Below, piece after piece: positions 18,603 through 26,908 of a DNA stretch of 64,000 nt; the stretch's first letter is position 1; every line of letters begins with the position of its first letter. Below the pieces are notes generated by a model that worked only from the letters and a program-made list of their open reading frames with translations, had not been told where the DNA came from and did not search any database. Source of the stretch: an uncultured bacterium (lineage in GTDB: Bacteria > Krumholzibacteriota > Krumholzibacteriia > JACNKJ01); the NCBI GenBank assembly GCA_964344565.1, contig CAYFNT010000019.1, forward strand, positions 6,196 to 70,195, given 5' to 3'. Position numbers and translations under genes: made by a program.

Positions 18603-18679
18603 GAGTCGCCAGTCTCCAGTCGCCAGTCGCCAGTCTCCAGTCGCCAGTCTCCAGTCGCCAGTCTCCAGTCGCGAGTCGC
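18603..18679. repeat. Heptanucleotide tandem repeat, 11 units (AGTCGCC/AGTCTCC)
   Basis: Direct tandem array (agtcgcc agtctcc)xN. It fills the whole intergenic space between the stop of the T9SS protein gene and the ATG of the macro-domain gene. Confidence 0.9.
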
Positions 18680-18682
18680 CGG

Positions 18683-20441
18683 TTACTTCAGTTTCACGAC
18701 CCTGCCCGACTCCACGCCCTTGGAAGTCTCGAGGCGATAGAGGTAGAGGCCCGCGGGCAGATCGCGGCCCTTCCAGACCAGTCGATGCTCGCCCGCCCCG
18801 CGTCGTCCCGCTTCCACGGTGTCCACGCGGCGTCCGGTGACGTCGAAGATGTCCAGTCGCAGGTTCTCTTCGGCGGACAGGTTGAAGCGGAACTCGGTTT
18901 CGGTCACGAAGGGATTGGCCGAAACACGGAAGCCGCCGAGGGTGCTCTCGGGCAGGTCCGTGCTCTCGTTCACATAGAGTTCGTAGTAGAAGCTGTCGTT
19001 GGCGCTGTTCTCGTCACCGGGCAGGACGGTCCATGCTTCCATGTGGTACCAACCCGCATACTCGATCACGGTCTCCGCGACGATCACCGTGTCGACCCGA
19101 GCGAAATCGATGTCGATCATCGTCATGCCGTTGCCCATGCCGCCGCCCGCGAAGTGCAATTCCACGCCGACGGCGTCCTGCACGCCATAGTTCGAGGCGA
19201 GCACCTTCCAGCGCAGGGTGTCGCCGATGACCCACATCTGATCGGCGCTTTCTCTCGGTTCGTGAAACCCCAGCACGCCCACGTCCAGGCCCGGCGGTTC
19301 GGTCGAGCCTGGTGCGCGCATCATGCGGTCGACGCCGAACTTGCAGAGGTAGCATGTGACCCAGCTCATGTCCTCGGTGACGGGATCGGTGCTCTCGGCC
19401 ACGATGCCGCCGTCGTCGTCGGTGTCGTAGGACAGCAGGGCGTCGGTGATGAGGGCCCCGAAGAAGGCATGGTTCGGGTTTCCCTCCACGTCGGAGACCG
19501 CGAACTGCGCGTTGGCGTAGGCCACGTTCCAGGCGCTGTCCCAGTCGTAGCCGGGCACGCTGTACCAGTCCTGCCAGGTCTGTAGATCATTTCCGTAAGC
19601 CGAGAGCCACTGGCGTCCATAGATGGGTTGATCGTCGAAGACGGTTTCACAGACACCCCAGAGCGCCGTACCGCTACTCATGGCCCAGTACTCGAGATTC
19701 AACCGGTTCGGCGGGTCCACGTTGAGATAGTCATGCACGTCCCAACCTTGGGCCAAGGCTTGGACCTGCATGGTCGGATCGGCCAGGGCCGTGGCGTATT
19801 GGCTCAGGTTGCCTGCGCACCATCCCTTGACGAAGAGATCCAGGCGCTGTTGCCAGACCGTGCCGTCCCAGATGTTCAGGGGGTTGTCCATGATGTACTG
19901 GGCGCAGGTCTCGGCGTACCAGTCATAGCTGTCGTCGCCCGTGGCATCCTTGTATTTGAGCACCGCCGTGAGTCCCCAGGCGCAGTTGTGGGCGCGGTAG
20001 TAGTTGTCGCCGGCCGAGCCCTCCTCTTCCCATGCGGGGAAGTTGGTGCAGTAGACCCAGGCCGCGTCGATGTTGTCGTCGTAGGTGTCTCGGCCGCTGA
20101 ACTCACGGTAGCGCGACCAGCACCATATGGCCTCCAGCGTGTTGTCGGTCTGGATGACGTCGCCGAGATAGCCGTCCTCCGCCTCGATCATGCCGCCGTA
20201 GTCGGTGGAGTCGGGATCGAGCAATTGCCAGGCGGCCAGGAACTCGACGATCTGGTCGAACTCGCGAACGTAGTTGAAGGGACCCAGGGGCGGAGGCATG
20301 TCGCGTTCGCCCTGGGGACCGCCCATGATCCAGGCGTCCCAGTCTGCGAAGGGATCGGTGTTTGGGTCCGGTGCGGGGGATTGGGCGAGTGCCGGAAGGG
20401 CGAAGAGGGCAAGGCAGATTGCGAGCAGTACTCGACGCATG
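18683..20441 (-). CDS. Secreted protein with a T9SS-type C-terminal sorting domain. The N-terminal domain is of unknown function.
   Basis: Signal peptide MRRVLLAICLALFALPALA after an AAGGAGG RBS. The C-terminus LRLDIFDVTGRRV...GLYLYRLETSKGVESGRVVKLK matches the Por_Secre_tail/FlgD-Ig-like CTD pattern. The Trp-rich N-terminal domain is unassigned. Confidence 0.75.
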
Positions 20442-20483
20442 GCAGGGCCTCCTTGGAGGAGGCAATTGTAGCACAAAGCGATC

Positions 20484-20518
20484 GAGAACTGAGAACTGAG
20501 AACTGAGAACCGCGAACC
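20484..20518. repeat. Heptanucleotide tandem repeat, 5 units (GAGAACT), plus a CTCAGTC doublet at 20531-20544
   Basis: gagaact x3, gagaacc, gcgaacc, lying 43-77 nt upstream of the start of the T9SS protein gene. Confidence 0.85.
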
Positions 20519-20528
20519 CTGTGGGATC

Positions 20529-21770
20529 TCAGTCCTCAGTCCGCAGATTTGAGTTCAATATCTCCGCCAGCTTGCGCGCGTTAGCGACCATGTCGTACTC
20601 GGATTCCACGGTCTTGCGGGCGGCACGCGCAGCGCTCTCTCTCGCTTCGGGATGGCTGAGCGCGAAGCTCATGGCCTCGGCGATGGCCTCGGGACTGGAG
20701 CTGTCCACCAGCCATCCGCTGCTGTTCTCGGCGACCAGCTCGGGCAGGCCCGTCACCCTGGGCGCGAGCACGGGCGTGCCGCCGGCCATGGCCTCCATGA
20801 CGGCCACGGGAATGCCCTCGCTGTGGCTGGTGAGTACGAAGAGATCGGCCTCGGCGATGAGCCCCGCGATTTCGCCGTGATCCAGAAGACCGAGGAAGTG
20901 CACGCGGTCGGCGATGCCGAGGTCCTTCGCCATCGTTTCGAGCATGGCGCGGCGGCCGTCCTGATCCTTGCCGACGAGGTCCAGGCGGAACCCGATGCCC
21001 CGCTCGGCGAGAATGCCGCAGGCCGCGAGCAGTCCTTCGTGATTCTTGATGGCGTAGAGGGAGGCCGTGCAGAGAAGCTTGAAGGGGCCCTCACGCCGGG
21101 CGACGCGCTCGCGGTAGGGGAAGTCGTCCAGCAGGATGCCCGTGCGATTCACGAAAATCTTCGAGCCGTCGACATCAGGGCGGAGCTCCATCATCACGCG
21201 CTTGTTGTAGTCGGACACGGCCACGATGAAGTCGGCCGCGCCCACCTTGCTCCGCAGGCTGAAGCGGCTGGGTTCGTGGACGGTGGCACTGCCGTGGGCG
21301 GTGAAGCTGAAGCTCTGGCCGTTGAGCTTCGCGGCGGCCAGGGCGGCCGTGGCCGCCTTGTAGGCGAAGTGGGCGTGCACGTGGGCGTCTTCACCTTTGA
21401 TCGCCCGCGCGAACGCGATGCCGTGGAGCATGTGCGCCACGCCCTTGATGCCCTTGCTCAGCCGCTGAGTTCTGTTGTCGAAGGGGACGCGCAGCAGAAG
21501 ATTCAGGAGGGCGAGGGGCCTTCGGACCAGATAGTGAAATGCGGCGCCGAGGAGTCGGCCGGGGGGCACGGGCCGCAGGGTGCGCGTGCGTTCGAGAAAG
21601 GGACGGGCCTCCTCGGGACAGTACTCGTGGGGCAGGAGGGACCAGATCTCGATCCGGAAGCCGGCTTCCTCGAGCACGCGGATCTCGTTGTAGACGAAGT
21701 TGAGGGTGTTGGCGGGAAAGCGCTCGATCACATAGATCAAACGTTTGCCACTGGACTTCTCGCCGGTCAT
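20529..21770 (-). CDS. Glycosyltransferase family 4 (GT-B)
   Basis: C-terminal EGIPVAVMEAMAGGTPVLAPRVTGLPELV motif typical of glycos_transf_1. Confidence 0.8.
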   Translation of the reverse strand: MTGEKSSGKRLIYVIERFPANTLNFVYNEIRVLEEAGFRIEIWSLLPHEYCPEEARPFLERTRTLRPVPPGRLLGAAFHYLVRRPLALLNLLLRVPFDNRTQRLSKGIKGVAHMLHGIAFARAIKGEDAHVHAHFAYKAATAALAAAKLNGQSFSFTAHGSATVHEPSRFSLRSKVGAADFIVAVSDYNKRVMMELRPDVDGSKIFVNRTGILLDDFPYRERVARREGPFKLLCTASLYAIKNHEGLLAACGILAERGIGFRLDLVGKDQDGRRAMLETMAKDLGIADRVHFLGLLDHGEIAGLIAEADLFVLTSHSEGIPVAVMEAMAGGTPVLAPRVTGLPELVAENSSGWLVDSSSPEAIAEAMSFALSHPEARESAARAARKTVESEYDMVANARKLAEILNSNLRTED

Positions 21771-21956
21771 GCCTAGTTTCCCCCCGCGCCGAGAACCTCA
21801 AGGATGGAAGGCGCGATTGTTGCATAGGCTTTCCGGGCTGGCAAGAAGGCAGCGAGACGGGCGCCGGAAGCCCTTGACCGGTTTTCAGAATCGCGCTTAC
21901 TATCGCGAAACGAAGGACTTAGCCCTCTGCCGCCGCCGGCCGAACGGGATGGGGAC

Positions 21957-22775
21957 ATGCCGATTTTCTTCTTTCGAAACGATGACGTGAACATCCTGGA
22001 CAGGGAACTGGTCGAGGTGACGGCCCGCTGCACCGAGCAGGGCGTTCCCATCAGCCATGCGGTGGAACCCGCCAACGTCACCGACGAGGCCGTCGCCTGG
22101 CTGAGGGAGGAGAAGGCCAAGGATCCTCGGCTCATCGAGATCACCCAGCACGGATACGACCACGAGCTGCGTGACCGTGGAGAGTTCGGCGGCGAGCGCG
22201 GCTTCGAGGACGCGCGAGACGACCTCGTCAAGGGCCGCGACATCCTCCTCGACAAGTTCGACGGCGATTTCCTCTCGGCCCTCAATTTCCCCTTCGGCAT
22301 CTACAACCAGAACGCCATGCGGGCCGCCGACGCGACGGGCTTCCGCATCATCTGCGCGCACTTCAACGCGCGGAAGTCGCGGCGGGCCATGTACACGGTG
22401 GGGCGCGCGCTGCGAATGGGGCAGATCCTCGGCAAGCACGTGTCGCATCACCTCGACTTCTATCCCAAGACGGGCATGTTCTCGGTGGACGTGTCCATCA
22501 GCTTCATCGATCGCTACATCGGCCCTCACGGAAGCAACACCTGCACATTCCACTCCCTGGACGAGATCAAGCGTCGCGTGCAGATGTGGATGCCCCACAC
22601 GCCGGTGATCGGACTGCTCCTGCATCACCGCTTCCATCACCAGGCCGAGCATCTCGATCTGATCAGCCGGGCCATCGAATGGCTGAAGACCATCGACGGC
22701 GCGGAATTCCGGAACATCGAGGAAATCTACGAGCGCTTCTGTCCCGAGCCGGGCAGCGGTTTTCGCAATGGCTGA
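21957..22775 (+). CDS. Polysaccharide deacetylase-like protein (CE4-like), tentative
   Basis: FFFRNDDVN start and an HGYDHE motif, seen in deacetylase-family proteins of EPS loci. Not well resolved without a search. Confidence 0.5.
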   Translation: MPIFFFRNDDVNILDRELVEVTARCTEQGVPISHAVEPANVTDEAVAWLREEKAKDPRLIEITQHGYDHELRDRGEFGGERGFEDARDDLVKGRDILLDKFDGDFLSALNFPFGIYNQNAMRAADATGFRIICAHFNARKSRRAMYTVGRALRMGQILGKHVSHHLDFYPKTGMFSVDVSISFIDRYIGPHGSNTCTFHSLDEIKRRVQMWMPHTPVIGLLLHHRFHHQAEHLDLISRAIEWLKTIDGAEFRNIEEIYERFCPEPGSGFRNG

Positions 22776-23940
22776 TCGCGCGCAGATCGTCTGCTTCGGC
22801 GGATACGACTACTGGTACAGCAACCCCGGCAGTCCCGTGCAGCTCATGGAGGCCGCGCATCGCGCCGGCCACAAGGTGCTCTGGGTGAACAGCATCGGCA
22901 TGAACATGCCGCGCATGCGCCGGAGCGGGTTCTGGCGTCGCGTGGGCCTGAAGCTGCGGAGCTGGTCGCGCTGGCTCAAGGCGGCCCACCCCGACTTCCA
23001 CGTGCTGTCGCCCATCATCCTGCCCCTATTCGGAATATCGGCGCTGGAGCGCATGAACGAGCGTTGGCTGGCCTTCCAGGTGAAGCTGGCCTATCGCATA
23101 CTCGGACTGAAGCAGCCCATGGTGATGGTCTGCCTGCCCTCCTTCGCCGAGGTGGCCACCTCGCTGCCCAACGACGGGCTCATCTACTACCTCACCGACA
23201 AGTTCGAATCCTATCGCGATCTGAAGGCGCGCGATTCCATGATGGCGCGTGACCACCTGCTCAAGGAAAGGAGCGACCTCTTGCTCTGCTCCTCCCGAAA
23301 GATCCAGGAGGATCTCGCGCAGTTCGACGGCAAGGTGAAGTACTTCCCCCACGCCGTGGATTCGTCGCGCTACGACGAGGCGCTGGCTTCCGGCGCCGAG
23401 GAACCCGCGGATCTGGTGGCCATACCCCATCCGCGCATCGGTTACTTCGGATCCCTGACCAACGCGAACAACCTGGACCTCATCGAGTACTGCGCCACCG
23501 AGGATACGAAGCTGCAGTTCGTGCTCATCGGCCGGGTGATGGGGGATTATTCGCAGGTGGAGAAGTTGCCCAACGTGCATCTGCTCGGCATGAAGGACTA
23601 CGAGGAGATTCCGCTCTACGGAAAGCACTTCGACGCGGGCATCATGACCTGGCGGCTCACCGAGTGGATCCGCTACTGCAGTCCCATCAAGACCAAGGAG
23701 TACCTGGCCCTCGGCCTGCCCGTGGTGTCGGTGCCCATCGCCGAGCACGACAAGGAGTTCAACGGATTCGTGGAAACGGCCGAGGACGGACCGCAGTTTC
23801 TGGCGGCCATCCAGAGAGCCTTGGCCGGCGATAGCGAAGAGAAGCGCGCCGCCCGTCGCGATCGGGTGAAGGGCGAGAGCTGGGATCGCAGTTTCGGCGA
23901 GATGATGAGCATGCTCGGGGAGCGTCGACGTGGCCATTGA
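22768..23940 (+). CDS. Glycosyltransferase family 4 (GT-B)
   Basis: KTKEYLALGLPVVS C-terminal GT1/GT4 motif. Overlaps its neighbours by a few nt, suggesting an operon. Confidence 0.75.
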   Translation: MADRAQIVCFGGYDYWYSNPGSPVQLMEAAHRAGHKVLWVNSIGMNMPRMRRSGFWRRVGLKLRSWSRWLKAAHPDFHVLSPIILPLFGISALERMNERWLAFQVKLAYRILGLKQPMVMVCLPSFAEVATSLPNDGLIYYLTDKFESYRDLKARDSMMARDHLLKERSDLLLCSSRKIQEDLAQFDGKVKYFPHAVDSSRYDEALASGAEEPADLVAIPHPRIGYFGSLTNANNLDLIEYCATEDTKLQFVLIGRVMGDYSQVEKLPNVHLLGMKDYEEIPLYGKHFDAGIMTWRLTEWIRYCSPIKTKEYLALGLPVVSVPIAEHDKEFNGFVETAEDGPQFLAAIQRALAGDSEEKRAARRDRVKGESWDRSFGEMMSMLGERRRGH

Positions 23941-25285
23941 GATTCCGCGCATCCTGAAACGCCCCGCCATGCGCCTGGTGGACTTCGCGCGCAAGACCGA
24001 CTCGCTCAAGCTGCTGCCCGAACTCATGGAGACCCAGTGGTGGAGCCTCGCCAGGCTCGAGGAGCTGCAGGCTCGGCGCATGTCCATGCTCGGACGCTTC
24101 GTACGCGCCGAGGTGCCCTACTGGCGCGAGGCCTTCGCGAAGGCCGGCATCGCGGAGACCGAGGATCTGACTCCAGAGAGCATCGCCCGCCTGCCCCTTC
24201 TGTCCAAGCACATGATCCGCGAGGCCGGCGACGCCCTCAGGTCCGCGAGCTTCGACAAGTGGCAGCCCCGACACAAGAACACCTCGGGTTCCACCGGCGT
24301 GCCATTGGACTACTACATCGACCGCCCGGCCCACAGCTGGCAGTGGGCGCACATGTGGCGGGGATGGGCCCAGACCGGCTATGTGCCCGGCGATCTCTAC
24401 GCATCGATCAGCGGCGGTTCGCTGGTGCCCGAGAAGGCGGCCATCAAGCAGTCGGCCTACATGGCGCTTTCCAGCGGCCTGCACTTCCCGACCTACCACA
24501 TGAACGACGAGATCATGGAGCGCTACGCCGTGCGGCTGGTGAGGAGCCCGGTGAAGTTCGTCTACGGGTATCCGTCGAGTCTGGAGATCTTCTCGGAGTA
24601 CATCACGGCCAGCCCGCGGGGGAAGATACCCATGCAGGCCGTGTTCACCACCAGCGAAGGGCTTTCGCCCAAGGCCCGTGCGGCCATCGAGGCGGCATTC
24701 GATTGCGAGGTCTTCGACACCTACGGTTGCAACGATGGCGGAATCTTCAGTTTCGAGTGCGAGCGGCACGAGGGCATGCACATCGGCATGGAGACCTGCT
24801 TCGTGGAGATCGTCGACGAGAAGGGCCGGCGCGTGCCCGACGGCGAGCCCGGCGAAGTCATCGCCACGAATCTGGTGATCAGGGCGATGCCGCTTCTGCG
24901 CTTCCGCACGGGGGACATCGCGATCCTCACCCGCGACAAGTGCGAGTGCGGGCGCGGATTGATCCGCGTGCAGGAACTGTCGGGGCGCGAGCGGGACGTC
25001 ATCCGCACCCCCGACGGGCGCAAGATCCACGGCGCCTTCTTCACGCATTTCGAGGCGCTTCACCACGCCGACTGGATCAACCGCTTCCAGATCCATCAGC
25101 CCGACCTGAACACCTTCATCCTGAGGGTGCAGCTCCGCCGCGAGCCCACGGAAGAGGACCGCCAGTCGGTCCTTCGCGACCTGCGTACCGCCTTGGGCGA
25201 CATGGACTTCCGCATCGAGGTCGCCGACGAGATGATGCTCACCCGCACCGGCAAGTTCAGGATCATCGTTTCCGACCTGAGCTGA
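23930..25285 (+). CDS. Phenylacetate-CoA ligase-like adenylate-forming enzyme (PaaK/CapK/F390 synthetase family)
   Basis: TSGSTGVP P-loop and a YGCNDGG motif, about 450 aa. This family recurs in capsule/EPS loci. GTG start. Confidence 0.75.
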   Translation: MAIEIPRILKRPAMRLVDFARKTDSLKLLPELMETQWWSLARLEELQARRMSMLGRFVRAEVPYWREAFAKAGIAETEDLTPESIARLPLLSKHMIREAGDALRSASFDKWQPRHKNTSGSTGVPLDYYIDRPAHSWQWAHMWRGWAQTGYVPGDLYASISGGSLVPEKAAIKQSAYMALSSGLHFPTYHMNDEIMERYAVRLVRSPVKFVYGYPSSLEIFSEYITASPRGKIPMQAVFTTSEGLSPKARAAIEAAFDCEVFDTYGCNDGGIFSFECERHEGMHIGMETCFVEIVDEKGRRVPDGEPGEVIATNLVIRAMPLLRFRTGDIAILTRDKCECGRGLIRVQELSGRERDVIRTPDGRKIHGAFFTHFEALHHADWINRFQIHQPDLNTFILRVQLRREPTEEDRQSVLRDLRTALGDMDFRIEVADEMMLTRTGKFRIIVSDLS

Positions 25286-25380
25286 GCGGATCCCCCGATT
25301 CCACTCTCCATCGCCGAAAGTAAATCGCGAGGCTCGTTCACCGAGTCCGTGCTAAAATGTCTGTGGATGGGAAAAGGGGG

Positions 25381-26829
25381 ATGATGATGACGTTGAGACT
25401 GTCCTTGCTCGCCATCGTAGCGCTCGTGATTTGCTTCTCCGGAACTCGCGCGGAAATCATCCACGTTCCAGGCACCTGGGACACCATCGCCGAAGCTCTC
25501 GCCGACGCCGTGGCCGGCGACGAGATCGTCATCGCCTGCGGTACCTACTACGAGAGGTCGCTGCAGATGAAGGACGGCGTCACGATCCGAAGCAGCACGG
25601 GCGATCCTTCCTGTGTGACCATCGACGCGGAGCAGGTTTCGGAAGTCTTCCTCGCGGACACTATCGGCGACACATCGGTGCTCGAGGGTCTGACCATTTC
25701 GGGAGGCTATGCGGCCGACGGGGCTGGCATCCATATCTCGGATGCGTCTCCCACGATCAGGGACTGTGTTTTCATCGACAACGATGCCGGTTGGGGCGGC
25801 GCCATGGCGGTCTATTATTCCTCCTTTCCCGAGATCACCGACTGCGTTTTCGACAGCAACGAGAGCTGGTTCGACGGTGGTGCCGTTCTTTGCATCGATG
25901 GGGCGCATCCCGTGTTCACGGATTGCGTCTTCGAATCCAACTACTCCTCCAGCGATGGCGGAGCTTTGAGTGCGAACAACTGCAGCGTCACGCTCTCGAG
26001 CTGCACCTTCGACGACAATGTGGCCGATGATCATGGGGGCGCGGTCTCGGTCTGGAACGACAGCAACGGCACGGTCACCGATTGCGATTTCAACGGGAAC
26101 GAGGCCGGCAAAGGCGGCGGTGGGTTGATCTGGAGCTTGTGCGTGAGCGGCCTGCTCGATGATTGCCGATTCTACGACAACACGGCGGACTACGGGGGTG
26201 GGCTCTACTGCTTCGTTGCCTCGCCCTCCGTGATCGGCTGCGAGTTTTCTTCGAACAATGCCGTTCCCGGCACTTGGGGGGATGGCGGAGGTTTCTACTG
26301 CGAGACCTTCGTGTCCTCGACCTTCGAGAATTGCACGTTCTTCGAGAACTCAGCGGTAGCGGGAGGCGGCGCCTACATCGATATCGACTGCGATCCCGAG
26401 TTCATCAACTGCACCTTCTACAGGAACACGGCGTCGGCCATCGGCGGCGGATTCTGCACTTGGGATACGGGCCATCCCATGCTCACCGGCTGCATCATCG
26501 CCTCCAGCCTCTCGGGCGGCTCGTTCTATTGCGGGAACGAAACGGTCGGGGCGACGCTGAACTGCTGCAATGTTTTCGGCAACGCAGGCGGCGATTGGAT
26601 CGGCTGCATCGCCAGCCAGCTGGGCGAGGACAATTTCTCGGCCGACCCGCTTTTCTGCCTCACGCCACCCTTCAGCATGTTCCCTCAGACGGGGTCGCCC
26701 TGTTTGCCTGGAAATCACCCCAATGGCGAAGACTGCAGATTGATCGGTGCCCTGGGCGAGGACGCAAACTGCGACGGGCAGCCCGTCCGCAGCGAAACGA
26801 CCTGGAGCAGCCTGAAGACGATGTACTGA
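25381..26829 (+). CDS. Secreted right-handed parallel beta-helix (PbH1-repeat) protein, paralog 1, with the C-terminal TWSSLKTMY tail
   Basis: Signal peptide MMMTLRLSLLAIVALVICFSGTRA. Many CxFxxNxAxxGGA(L/V) repeats and a conserved Cys-rich region SPCLPGNHPNGEDCRLIGALGEDANCDGQP. Ends in TTWSSLKTMY. Confidence 0.75.
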   Translation: MMMTLRLSLLAIVALVICFSGTRAEIIHVPGTWDTIAEALADAVAGDEIVIACGTYYERSLQMKDGVTIRSSTGDPSCVTIDAEQVSEVFLADTIGDTSVLEGLTISGGYAADGAGIHISDASPTIRDCVFIDNDAGWGGAMAVYYSSFPEITDCVFDSNESWFDGGAVLCIDGAHPVFTDCVFESNYSSSDGGALSANNCSVTLSSCTFDDNVADDHGGAVSVWNDSNGTVTDCDFNGNEAGKGGGGLIWSLCVSGLLDDCRFYDNTADYGGGLYCFVASPSVIGCEFSSNNAVPGTWGDGGGFYCETFVSSTFENCTFFENSAVAGGGAYIDIDCDPEFINCTFYRNTASAIGGGFCTWDTGHPMLTGCIIASSLSGGSFYCGNETVGATLNCCNVFGNAGGDWIGCIASQLGEDNFSADPLFCLTPPFSMFPQTGSPCLPGNHPNGEDCRLIGALGEDANCDGQPVRSETTWSSLKTMY

Positions 26830-26908
26830 TGATTGCTTGATCCTATTCCAGCCTGGGTCTAGTGTCTGATCCACCTCGTTGTGAAGACTCGCAATCCGGA
26901 GGATCAGG

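Noticed and set aside
18603-18679. Possibility that the heptad repeat arrays (here, 20484-20518 and 49055-49235) are CRISPR arrays
   Set aside because: The units are 7 bp and directly tandem with no spacers and no cas genes nearby. They are microsatellite-like heptanucleotide repeats, not CRISPR.
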